A stretch of 64,000 bases of DNA from a virus: the IMG/VR virus record IMGVR_UViG_3300032373_000002, positions 32,001-96,000 of that record, one strand, 5' to 3'. The notes beneath the pieces were generated by a model. That model searched no databases. It was not told the DNA's origin and saw nothing but the letters and a program-made list of their open reading frames with translations. The translations under genes and the position numbers were made by a program. Every line of letters begins with the position of its first letter. The stretch's first letter is position 1. Below are positions 17,796 to 26,010 of the stretch, piece after piece.

Positions 17796-18105
17796 TGCCC
17801 TACGAAGGCCCGATGCACGTTCGAATTCAAGGGAGCGCGAGGGAGGTCGACCGGCTGAAGGAGAAGCCTCAGCAACAGCCGGTGGCGCGAGGGGAAGGCA
17901 TAGACATAGAGGTCATCCTGTGAGCCTGGGCCAACGCGAAGCAGAGCGGTGCCGCTGGCGCCGGGAGCTGATGAGCCTCCCAGGCGGGGTCCAAGAACTC
18001 CTGCGGGTGGCCACCGCCAACAAGTTCATGGAGCGGCGCATCGGACCCAGGAGCATCCTCTTGAGGGAGCCGTTGCGGTCCAAGATGGCGGAACGAGGCT
18101 GGTAA

Positions 18106-18178
18106 GGGTCCGTAGCTCCACGGGTAGAGCACCGTCCTCTTAAGTCGGGGGTTGAGGGTTCGAGTCCCTCCGAACCCC
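18106..18178 (+). tRNA. tRNA-Lys(CTT)
   Basis: Cloverleaf, loop CTCTTAA; single mismatches in the acceptor and anticodon stems. Confidence 0.8.
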
Positions 18179-18215
18179 CTCCTTGCCGCTGCCGTAACCC
18201 TGAGCGGAGGCAAGA

Positions 18216-18695
18216 ATGAACCGAGAAAAGAAGTTGCGGAAATTCGAGGAGGACTTGCTCCTCTGGGCGGCGAACCAACCCAGCGACGGGATAGAGATCC
18301 AATACCTTCGCCCCAACCGCCTCAACCCGGACTTCCCCGTCGAGGCTTCCGCCAAGTGGCTGGACCGACTGCCCGAAGGGCCCCTGAAGGCCCAGAAGGC
18401 GCTCAGAAAGACCCAAGAGGACTACCTGGCCCTGGGGCGTAAGGGGTGCTCCTCCGATAACCTGGACTGGGTTCGGCTGGTAGCCGAACTGCGGGGGATG
18501 CACTGGGACTGCCCAACCCTCGGTGTCTGGGTAGACTTCCAGCCGCCCTCCGACGAGGGCATGAAAGACAAGATCCTCCTGGTTTCCCTGGACTGGCGGT
18601 GGTGGGGCATCGATGACCGCTTCGGCCACCGTCGGCGGAAGGTGTTCACGTACAAGACCGTGGCCGAGTACTCCGGCCCGCTCCCCAAGGTGTAG
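18216..18695 (+). CDS. hypothetical protein
   Basis: GGAGG RBS. Confidence 0.65.
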   Translation: MNREKKLRKFEEDLLLWAANQPSDGIEIQYLRPNRLNPDFPVEASAKWLDRLPEGPLKAQKALRKTQEDYLALGRKGCSSDNLDWVRLVAELRGMHWDCPTLGVWVDFQPPSDEGMKDKILLVSLDWRWWGIDDRFGHRRRKVFTYKTVAEYSGPLPKV

Positions 18696-18696
18696 C

Positions 18697-19137
18697 ATGG
18701 AAGATTTCAAGCGGATGAGGGTAGCCGAACTGCGGGCTGAGCTGGACGAACACGGAGTCCAGTACAAGGCATCGACGCGCAAGCCGGAACTCCTCCGGCT
18801 CCTGGAGTTAGCCATCAAGGCCAAGAAGAGGGTGCACGCCCTCCGCATCCTGGATGAGATCGAGTACTGGTTCGTAAAGATGGCACCCCCGCCGCAGCCC
18901 GACATCATCGCGGAAGGGCTCCAGGACAAGACCGAGGGGTGGACATTCAACGTCCACACCAAGGAAGTCAAGCGGTACTGGACCACCCACTGGAATCACG
19001 GCAAGGTCGGGCGGGTGGAGGGTTGGTCGCAGGGCGGCGTGGACCTCTTCCGCAAGAAAGAAGACGCACATCGGCGGATGCGGTACGAGTACCTCCGGCG
19101 GATGATCAAGGGATTGGAGGGCCTGGACGCCCCGTAA
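18697..19137 (+). CDS. protein with N-terminal SAP/HeH-like domain
   Basis: MRVAELRAELDEHGV....RKPELLRLL. Confidence 0.65.
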   Translation: MEDFKRMRVAELRAELDEHGVQYKASTRKPELLRLLELAIKAKKRVHALRILDEIEYWFVKMAPPPQPDIIAEGLQDKTEGWTFNVHTKEVKRYWTTHWNHGKVGRVEGWSQGGVDLFRKKEDAHRRMRYEYLRRMIKGLEGLDAP

Positions 19138-19227
19138 CGACATGCAACACCAACCATGGAGTCTCCCAGGCCGAGAGAAGAAGACCTGAGAGACTGGGCG
19201 GAGGGTAACACTTCTTGCACGCTAAAT

Positions 19228-19311
19228 GCGGTGGTGGCGGAATCGGTCTACGCAGCAGATTCAAAATCTGCCGACCTTCGGGTCTTGAGGGTTCGAATCC
19301 CTCTCACCGCA
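19228..19311 (+). tRNA. tRNA-Leu(CAA)
   Basis: Canonical class II cloverleaf, GCAGA-TTCAAAA-TCTGC, A73. Confidence 0.95.
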
Positions 19312-19508
19312 CTCAACCCCTGGAGCCTACGATGCACCCAAGCCGAAGCCGATACTGCACGGCCAAGCACCCCCAGACCGGGGAGCGGTGCCGCCGGAAG
19401 TGGATGCACTGGGGTCAGCATCGGACCCACGCCGACGCCAAGGGCATCGTCCTGAAGTGGTTCGGCTCGACCAACAACTGAGACTTGGAGCTCCGGTAAC
19501 AACACTTG

Positions 19509-19790
19509 CGCCAGGAAGCCCTAACGCCGGCAACCCATGGTGGGTTGTACGGGCATCTTGGAGGCAGAGTCCGGGGGTTCGAGTCCCCCCTACAACACCT
19601 TCCCTACTCTAAACACCACACTCTGTTGTGTTCGGAAGGTGCCGTAAGTAACCCAAGCCGCTGAAACTGACAGTAGAGCGTGTAAGGCTGAGGTGGGAGG
19701 TTGCTGGTGGAGGCTCTTGTGGCTGGATCTGGGTATCCTTGGGGAGTTTAACTGCCTCCTTGAAGAGAGGTTCGATTCCTCTCCTGGCCT
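19509..19790 (+). ncRNA. about 280-nt tRNA-capped RNA with a second internal T-arm
   Basis: GCCAGG/CCTGGC closing stem, terminal T-arm, GGAGGCAG/CTGCCTCC, internal GGGGG-TTCGAGT-CCCCC. Confidence 0.65.
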
Positions 19791-19969
19791 TTTGAGAAGA
19801 GAACTCACCTCTTTGAAAACCCAAGCTGATCGACTTCCCCCCGGAGGGTGGTTGCCTCAACAGCAACACCCTCTTGGTCAGGGGACAGCCGCTGAGGGAG
19901 TGCGGCTGCTAAGGGACCAGGGTTCCCCGGACAACAACCACACCGTCCAAAACCCGAACCCCTCTTCAT

Positions 19970-20067
19970 GTACCAGGTAGCTCAACGGGAGAGTATCGCG
20001 GGGCCTACGAACTCCGGAGGTTCAGCGCCTAATGCGAAGGTTGCAGGTTCGAGTCCTGCCTTGGTAC
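19970..20067 (+). ncRNA. tRNA-like RNA with an extended anticodon arm (G-1:C73 possible)
   Basis: TACCAGG/CTTGGTA, normal D and T arms, TCGCG/TGCGA enclosing a 33-nt structured insert. Confidence 0.7.
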
Positions 20068-20075
20068 CTCAAATC

Positions 20076-20159
20076 CTGAGGGTGGAGAAAATGTCATACT
20101 CGGCGGGTTGGGCACTCGCTGGCCAAGCGGTCGTGTAGGTTCGAATCCTACCCCTCAGG
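20076..20159 (+). tRNA. atypical tRNA with GGG (Pro) anticodon, long variable arm and G73
   Basis: CTGAGGG/CCCTCAG, GCGGG-TTGGGCA-CTCGC, TGGCC-AAGC-GGTCG variable arm. Confidence 0.75.
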
Positions 20160-20259
20160 TCGTCCCAGGCCTCCTAACGCCTCAGAGACCCTTGCAGTAG
20201 TCCGGCAAGGAGAGAGGCAGCAGGGGGTGCTGGCACCCTTCCGAGAGGTACATCTGAGT

Positions 20260-20336
20260 CGGGGAATAGCGCAGTCTGGTAGCGCAGCGGCTTTGGGAGC
20301 CGAAGGTCGTAGGTTCGAATCCTGCTTCCCCGACCA
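20260..20336 (+). tRNA. tRNA-Pro(TGG)
   Basis: Canonical, C1:G72, A73, encoded CCA. Confidence 0.95.
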
Positions 20337-20387
20337 CCAACACGACCTTCCGCCGCGCTCTGGAGCGCTTGGCGAGCAGGTAACAAC

Positions 20388-20630
20388 GGATAGGCAAGCC
20401 TGATTGCCTGGTTCGGGCGGAGCAGTTCTCCTGGGGGACTGCAACACCGCTAACAAAACGAACCGAAGCAGACGGGGATGCGCATCCCCGCTGACGCTGG
20501 ATGCATAAGCCTTGGGGAAGGCTGAAACCTCTGGGTCGGGGACGCCCGATTCGGAGGAGAACCCGGCGACACCTTGCCGGCCTGGATCCGAGGCGAGTGG
20601 TGTGACCCAGTCGGGGAGAGTCCCGGCACC
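20388..20630 (+). ncRNA. unclassified highly structured RNA between tRNAs
   Basis: A series of nested hairpins after GGTAAC; no credible ORF. Confidence 0.5.
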
Positions 20631-20632
20631 TT

Positions 20633-20705
20633 GATGACATAGCTCAGCAGGTAGAGCAGCAGATTGTTAATCTGCCGGTCCCAGGTTCGAGCCCTGGTGT
20701 CATCG
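20633..20705 (+). tRNA. tRNA-Asn(GTT)
   Basis: Canonical, GCAGA-TTGTTAA-TCTGC, G73. Confidence 0.92.
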
Positions 20706-20839
20706 TCACCGAAAACTGAGGCAGGCCACCTCGGCTGCCGGACCCCCCACCCACGCCAGACGCGCGAGCGCGCCGGGGCCAACCTGGGCTCCTCGAACGG
20801 GAGTTGGAGTGGGGGGTCCGGATAGGTAACACCAAACAT

Positions 20840-20911
20840 CTCTCCGTAGTTCAACGGACAGAACTTCGGCCTCCTAAGCCGAAAATCCAGGTTCGAATCC
20901 TGGCGGGGAGA
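20840..20911 (+). tRNA. tRNA-Arg(CCT)
   Basis: Canonical, TCGGC-CTCCTAA-GCCGA. Confidence 0.93.
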
Positions 20912-20969
20912 CTCAACTTGACAGAGACCGTTCAACTTGTCCGGCTTGGCATAGCCAAAGGAGGACGGG

Positions 20970-21191
20970 ATGAGTCAAGAAGAAAGAGAGCGTGAGTTCT
21001 TCCAGCGCCTGTTGGCGCTCACCAAGCAGTACGGAGTGACCGAAATCGGAAGCTGCGGTTGCTGCGGGGGTGTCCGGGTCAACTGGGAGGGCGTGCAGTA
21101 CGACAACGTCGAGGTCAACAAAAACGGCCTCTGCGCCAGTCGCTACGACATCCAAGCCAAGACCTACAACGGGTCGCAGAAGCTCACATAA
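20970..21191 (+). CDS. small protein with SCGCCG motif
   Basis: AAGGAGG RBS. Confidence 0.65.
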   Translation: MSQEEREREFFQRLLALTKQYGVTEIGSCGCCGGVRVNWEGVQYDNVEVNKNGLCASRYDIQAKTYNGSQKLT

Positions 21192-21268
21192 GCTCTTCGC
21201 GAGGACCTCTGCGCGCAGCCCTGCCTCTTCAGAGGGGATCGGGGTGAAGTGGGGTGACCAGGGGGAGA

Positions 21269-21509
21269 GGCCCCTTTCATTAAGCCTCAGCAACCACTTG
21301 TCCTGAGCCGCCCGTGTAGAGGGAGCAGCCGAGTAGATGTCCGGGGAGAGCGAAAGCCGAACCGGCAGTCAAGAAGGGGTTCCGAGCGGGGTCAAGTCGC
21401 AGTAGCACCAGCGTCTCGAGTAAGCTGGTCGCGACCTTCGGAGGGACAGGCATCGGAGGAGCCACACCACCTTCGGGTGGGTGCTTGGGTTCGAATCCCA
21501 AGGGGGGCC
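21269..21509 (+). ncRNA. about 240-nt tRNA-capped structured RNA
   Basis: GGCCCCTT/GGGGGGCC closing stem with TTGGG-TTCGAAT-CCCAA T-arm; CACCACC-TTCG-GGTGGGTG hairpin. Confidence 0.55.
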
Positions 21510-21558
21510 GTTCAGTAGTTATTGCCCCTATTTCCAGCCCTGGTTGGAGGTAGGGGCA

Positions 21559-21855
21559 ATGCTTTTCTTGAAAGGGTTCCTGATAGGATCCACGTCGGTC
21601 GGTGCGGGCACGTGGCGGATGCTGTCGGTTCATGAAGGCCGCCCGCTCAACACAGTCTTGGCGTCGAGCCTTATCTCCGTCACCTACATCTTCGGGGTCA
21701 ACTTCGTCGTCAAGGAGCAGTGGGCGGGCTACATCGGATTCAGCGTGGGGGCAGCCTTGGCGACCGGATTGTTGGCACACAAGAGGAAGAACCGGCCCAC
21801 GGTAATCCTCCTTGAGGAGAAATGCGATGCGCGACACCCTGAGAAGGAATCTTGA
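21559..21855 (+). CDS. small membrane protein
   Basis: GGAGG RBS, hydrophobic segments. Confidence 0.6.
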   Translation: MLFLKGFLIGSTSVGAGTWRMLSVHEGRPLNTVLASSLISVTYIFGVNFVVKEQWAGYIGFSVGAALATGLLAHKRKNRPTVILLEEKCDARHPEKES

Positions 21856-22351
21856 CTCCCTCCAGCGCCTGGAGGAGGAAGAAGACCGGCTGAAAGCCCA
21901 GCTCCACAAGGTTCAGCAAGCCAAGGTTCAGCACTGCCAGGACATGAAGCGGGACGGGAACAACCCCTTCCGGTGCGGGGCGGGGACCTGCATCCTCTTG
22001 GTTCCCGGCGTGCCCGTTGGCCAGCACACCAACGGTGGGTGCAGGTGCCTGGGCAACCGGCTGGAACCCAAGACGCGAGTTCGCGTCCGTTCCGGAATCC
22101 TCTGGCTCCGCCAGCGGCTCAAGAACGTCTACGCAGGGGACGAATGGTGCGGTGGAGGCTACCACTGCGACGCGGGGATGGACGCTGCCAGCTTCTCTTC
22201 CGACCTGGACCTCATCTTGGGGGAACTGGGCATGACCAGCTACAGCTCCATCAAGGAGGTCACTGACCGCATTGCTGAGATGCGCCGGACGAGCGAGCAG
22301 CTCAAGGCCGAGAACGAAGACCTCCTGAGCGGGGTGGGCCTGGATGGTTGA
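21827..22351 (+). CDS. hypothetical protein (HTNGGCRC motif)
   Basis: GAGGAG RBS. Confidence 0.6.
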   Translation: MRDTLRRNLDSLQRLEEEEDRLKAQLHKVQQAKVQHCQDMKRDGNNPFRCGAGTCILLVPGVPVGQHTNGGCRCLGNRLEPKTRVRVRSGILWLRQRLKNVYAGDEWCGGGYHCDAGMDAASFSSDLDLILGELGMTSYSSIKEVTDRIAEMRRTSEQLKAENEDLLSGVGLDG

Positions 22352-22577
22352 GGTCTTCCTCACTTCGGTCCTCACCTCGTGCATCGTCGGACTGTGGTTG
22401 ATCAGCCGGAGCCAGCCGGGGCAAGGGGTTCCGCTCACGGGGGCGCGGGTCCTTGCCCAGTACACGTCCCTGGCGTACCTGATTGCCCTCTTGGTCGTAG
22501 ACTGGAGGTTCGGGGCTCTGGCCACCGTAATCATGACCGCAACCTTGCGCCCCCACGATGAGCAGGAGCCCTCATGA
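22344..22577 (+). CDS. small membrane protein
   Basis: Hydrophobic segments. Confidence 0.55.
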   Translation: MVEVFLTSVLTSCIVGLWLISRSQPGQGVPLTGARVLAQYTSLAYLIALLVVDWRFGALATVIMTATLRPHDEQEPS

Positions 22578-22992
22578 ACGGACTGCTGGCCTCCCTCTGG
22601 ATTCCCGCCGCAGGCCTCGGAGTGTGCAGAACGGCACCTCTTGGCCGGTTCGGTCTTCTTTCATCCTCCACGGGGTGCTCTACATCGCAATCATGGAGTT
22701 CACCGTGAACAGGATGAAGACCGCAAGTCTGATGGGGGTGGTCTTCCGCATCCGCGACGAAACGGGTCCTGAGTTGGAGCCGTTCGTGCTGTGGGTCGCC
22801 AGCCAAGACCAAGGTCCCTACGAGGTGTTCTACAAGGCCCCGGAACCCAAGACCGACAAGAGCACGGAGGAGGTACGGCACTTCCCGGTCGAGAGCCTGT
22901 ACCTCCGCACTCCAGCGGCGACCTACGCCCTGGAGGTCGTGCTTGGGGTCGACCGTAAGGTGCACCACCTCAAGGTGAGAATGGAGCACTGA
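22558..22992 (+). CDS. hypothetical protein (true start may be downstream)
   Basis: ORF coupled to the next gene. Confidence 0.5.
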   Translation: MSRSPHERTAGLPLDSRRRPRSVQNGTSWPVRSSFILHGVLYIAIMEFTVNRMKTASLMGVVFRIRDETGPELEPFVLWVASQDQGPYEVFYKAPEPKTDKSTEEVRHFPVESLYLRTPAATYALEVVLGVDRKVHHLKVRMEH

Positions 22993-23511
22993 ATGGGACT
23001 GTTCCTCGGATTTGCCGTCCTGCTGGGCCTCTTGTGCCTGTCGACGTACCACTACTGGCACATCCAGGGCCACGGGCCGAACATGCTGGCATGGGGTTCT
23101 CTCGGAACCCTCGCCGGCACCTTCTTCCTGGTCGGCCTGGAGAGCGGGGTCTTGTACGCCACCCTGCTCCTGATCGAAGCGGCCGTCATCTTCTGGTTGC
23201 TGCACACCTTCCGCGTCTGGGAAAACCCGGAACCCCTCAACACCACCGTCAGCGAAGACGACACACCCGAGGCCGAACCCATGATGGTCGACAACCCGGA
23301 TGGGGCATACTTCTTGGTGCTGGATGGCGAGTACAGCCTCTCCAACGAAGAGTGCATCGACGCACTCCGAGCCTACAAAGCGAAGGGTTGGGTACTCGAC
23401 ACGCGAGGAGAGTACATGGTCTGGAGAGGGGACCAGCGTGTTGGCGACACGGAGGTCTTCTGGCGCGGAGGCAAGACCTACATCCCGATCATGTGGGGGG
23501 AAGAAGAGTGA
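22993..23511 (+). CDS. membrane protein
   Basis: Three N-terminal hydrophobic segments. Confidence 0.65.
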   Translation: MGLFLGFAVLLGLLCLSTYHYWHIQGHGPNMLAWGSLGTLAGTFFLVGLESGVLYATLLLIEAAVIFWLLHTFRVWENPEPLNTTVSEDDTPEAEPMMVDNPDGAYFLVLDGEYSLSNEECIDALRAYKAKGWVLDTRGEYMVWRGDQRVGDTEVFWRGGKTYIPIMWGEEE

Positions 23512-23984
23512 TGCTGAAGGGACACCAGAAGGGTGAGTTGCCCCTCCAGAAGGGGGACCGGATTCGCGTTCCTCGCGGCACCTTGATCCGCACCACCAAC
23601 CCAAGCAAGCCGCGCGAATACCGCTCCAAGGTCTCGCGGACCGTTCGAGTGGACCACACCCTCTCGGGCCAGAGCATCGTGGTGGCATTCAAGCATCCCA
23701 CACGCTACATCCGGGGGTCGATGCACTGGCGGGACTTCTACAACATCTGCCAGAACAGGGGCCTCGACTACCCCTACCAGCAAGAGCCCCCCATCGACGA
23801 GCTGCTGGCCATGTTCAAGGAAGCCGGCATCGAGCTGGAAGAGCGGGACGCGCTGGGCGGCAAGTACCAGAACGTCTGGCTCCATCTCAACAACCCGAGC
23901 GTTCGGTGGGCGGGCTCCGGCGGCTACTGGTGCGAAGCCGACATCAACGACGTGGGGAAGCACCCGCAACTGGATATCCGGTAA
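23511..23984 (+). CDS. hypothetical protein
   Basis: TGATG coupling. Confidence 0.65.
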   Translation: MLKGHQKGELPLQKGDRIRVPRGTLIRTTNPSKPREYRSKVSRTVRVDHTLSGQSIVVAFKHPTRYIRGSMHWRDFYNICQNRGLDYPYQQEPPIDELLAMFKEAGIELEERDALGGKYQNVWLHLNNPSVRWAGSGGYWCEADINDVGKHPQLDIR

Positions 23985-23992
23985 CAACCTGT

Positions 23993-24150
23993 GCTCTGAA
24001 GGTTGCGTCAAGACGGTTCGAGTCCGTCGTCCCCTGGGCGCTTTGGGGGCGGGAGTTCGATTCTCCCCACCACCCTCTTTCGAGTAGGTGGTGCCAGGAC
24101 GGCAAATAGGGTAGCACCCGCGCAGGGAGGTTCGATTCCTCCCCAGAGCA
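23993..24150 (+). ncRNA. 158-nt RNA with three T-arms
   Basis: GCTCTG/CAGAGC closing stem; GACGG-TTCGAGT-CCGTC, GGGAG-TTCGATT-CTCCC, GGAGG-TTCGATT-CCTCC. Confidence 0.75.
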
Positions 24151-24171
24151 TTTAACCTCACCCGTAGCGCT

Positions 24172-24480
24172 ATGGCAGACTTCGACGTGAAGATCAACCC
24201 TCGCTGGAGCAACTACGCAGCGTGGGAACTGTCGGTTCCCGGCAATCAGTGGAACCAAGAGGTCCTCCTGCGCCTGGAGGACCTCAACCACCCAGCGTTC
24301 TTAGAATTCCTCACGCAACCGGGCTACCCTCGCATGAGCTTCTGCCTGCGGGAGGGGGTCCCGCAAGGGTTCGCCTTGTTGGCAGGAGAGGTGTTCTTGG
24401 CCTGCTCATACCAAGAGGTAAGCAAAGCCATGTCCAGGATCGTCGAAGCCCTGCCTGACCCGTCCACCCTGGAGTTCTGA
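24172..24480 (+). CDS. hypothetical protein
   Basis: ORF coupled to the next gene. Confidence 0.55.
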   Translation: MADFDVKINPRWSNYAAWELSVPGNQWNQEVLLRLEDLNHPAFLEFLTQPGYPRMSFCLREGVPQGFALLAGEVFLACSYQEVSKAMSRIVEALPDPSTLEF

Positions 24481-24857
24481 TGCGTGCCCTGCTGATCGAC
24501 GACAACCCCTACAGCCTTGAGCGAGACATGCGAGAGCTGATGGGGTGGGAGGTCACGGTGGCCGAGGACGGACGAGAGGCGGTGGGCATAGGCCCCCGCC
24601 TGAAAGATTTCGACCTGATCTTGCTGGACCACCGAATGCCTTTCTTCTACGGCGACGAGGTCTTGGTCGAATGGCAGCGGGAAGGCATCGACGCCTGCCT
24701 GCTCCCGATCTTCCGCATCTCCTCCTTGAGGGAAGGCAAGTACCCGAGGCAGGTCCCTTGGGTCGGCAAGGCGTTGGGGTGCAGCAAGCTCCGACTCCTT
24801 CAGCAGTGGGCCGAGGGAGGGCTGGAAGACGAGGAGTTGCTGCGGAAACTGCGATGA
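24480..24857 (+). CDS. stand-alone response-regulator receiver domain (CheY-like)
   Basis: LLIDDN, FDLILLDHRMP phospho-Asp, ISS, GK. Confidence 0.85.
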   Translation: MRALLIDDNPYSLERDMRELMGWEVTVAEDGREAVGIGPRLKDFDLILLDHRMPFFYGDEVLVEWQREGIDACLLPIFRISSLREGKYPRQVPWVGKALGCSKLRLLQQWAEGGLEDEELLRKLR

Positions 24858-24870
24858 ACGGGGGAAGGAT

Positions 24871-25317
24871 GTGAGTGACTCTTTCGAAAGGCACCTCGCT
24901 TCTCCCGGCCAGGCGGCTCTGGCGCTGCACGACGCGGTTCGGGACGCCAACATCTTGGTCGACGAGGAACGGCACCATGCCCTAACTGCCCAGCTGTACG
25001 AACTGCTGACATCCTTGGACCCGGCGCTGCTGGAGCGCTTGGAGTACCTCCAACTGCTGGAGAGTCAAGAATCGTTCCTCCGGGACAAAGGGTTCCAGGC
25101 TGAGCTGGAGCGGCGACTCAGCCTGGAGAAGCCCGCGCGAGGATACAGCGACCGCTCTCGGCTCGAACGGCGGGACCAGGAGGTCATTGCACGGGGCTTC
25201 GCCCAGGCCCTCAAAGGCTTCCAAGAGGCGCAACAGAAGATGCAACAAATCATTGCCGAATATCGAGCCGAGTTCGCCCGAGCGGCCAACAAAGCGGCAA
25301 GCCTGCCCGGAGGGTAA
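24871..25317 (+). CDS. hypothetical coiled-coil protein
   Basis: 148-aa ORF. Confidence 0.6.
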   Translation: MSDSFERHLASPGQAALALHDAVRDANILVDEERHHALTAQLYELLTSLDPALLERLEYLQLLESQESFLRDKGFQAELERRLSLEKPARGYSDRSRLERRDQEVIARGFAQALKGFQEAQQKMQQIIAEYRAEFARAANKAASLPGG

Positions 25318-25326
25318 GGGGGTATT

Positions 25327-25398
25327 GAGCGTGTCGTCAAGTGGTAAGACACCGGGTTTTGGTTCCGGCACTCGCAGGTTCGAATCCTGCCACGCTCG
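25327..25398 (+). tRNA. tRNA-Gln(TTG)
   Basis: Cloverleaf, CCGGG-TTTTGGT-TCCGG, G73. Confidence 0.9.
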
Positions 25399-25475
25399 TT
25401 CGAGCAGCGATCAGCAAGAGGAAGCGCCGATGTTCGGGTAGACCCCCTATGCGACGGACACCGTAAGGAGAACCC

Positions 25476-25799
25476 ATGAACAAGCTCAGCCACATCCTGA
25501 CAACCGAAGGTCTTCGGAAGAAGGCGCGTCCCGATGACGTGGAGTTCACCGTCACCCTTCGCGGACCTCCGGCCCTGGTCGAGCGGGTGAAGCTGCTGCT
25601 GCGCACCATCAACCTCCTGGGCAACGTGGGGGCCAGCCGGGACGTCCGCATCGGTATTGACGGCGACGGGGCTGACCGGCTTGATGTCCATGAACTGAGG
25701 AACATGGACATCACCCAGGAGGCTGACCCGCAGCTGGAAGAGGATGCACTCCGCATCACGGAAGGTGGAGGACTGGTCGGGGAACGCTGGAACCCCTGA
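25476..25799 (+). CDS. protein with MNKLxxILxxEGL leader
   Basis: AAGGAG RBS, MNKLSHILTTEGL. Confidence 0.72.
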   Translation: MNKLSHILTTEGLRKKARPDDVEFTVTLRGPPALVERVKLLLRTINLLGNVGASRDVRIGIDGDGADRLDVHELRNMDITQEADPQLEEDALRITEGGGLVGERWNP

Positions 25800-25818
25800 C
25801 CGGAAGGTAACCCCTCAT

Positions 25819-25894
25819 GCGAGTGTAGCTCAATTGGTAGAGCATCGGCCTTCCAAGCCGAGGGTTGTGGGTTCGACCCCCATCACTCGCTCCA
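25819..25894 (+). tRNA. tRNA-Gly(TCC)
   Basis: Canonical, U73, encoded CCA. Confidence 0.95.
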
Positions 25895-25901
25895 AATAGC
25901 A

Positions 25902-25991
25902 AGATCCCCCCAACCGCTAAAGTGGACCTGCCCTCCGTGATTGTGGCCGGAGGGCAGTGGACCTGCCCTCGCGGAGCGGTTGGGGGGATCT
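25902..25991 (+). repeat. 17-bp inverted repeat enclosing a 15-bp direct repeat
   Basis: AGATCCCCCCAACCGCT/AGCGGTTGGGGGGATCT; AGTGGACCTGCCCTC x2. Confidence 0.8.
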
Positions 25992-26010
25992 AAGTTCTTC
26001 CGGAGTGCCC

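Noticed and set aside
19509-19790. tmRNA
   Set aside because: No GGGGC 5' end, no G3:U70 pair and no recognisable tag ORF
20388-20630. RNase P RNA or hammerhead ribozyme
   Set aside because: GGAGAGTCC- and AGAACCCGGC-like words are in the wrong order and imperfect; there is no CTGANGA core
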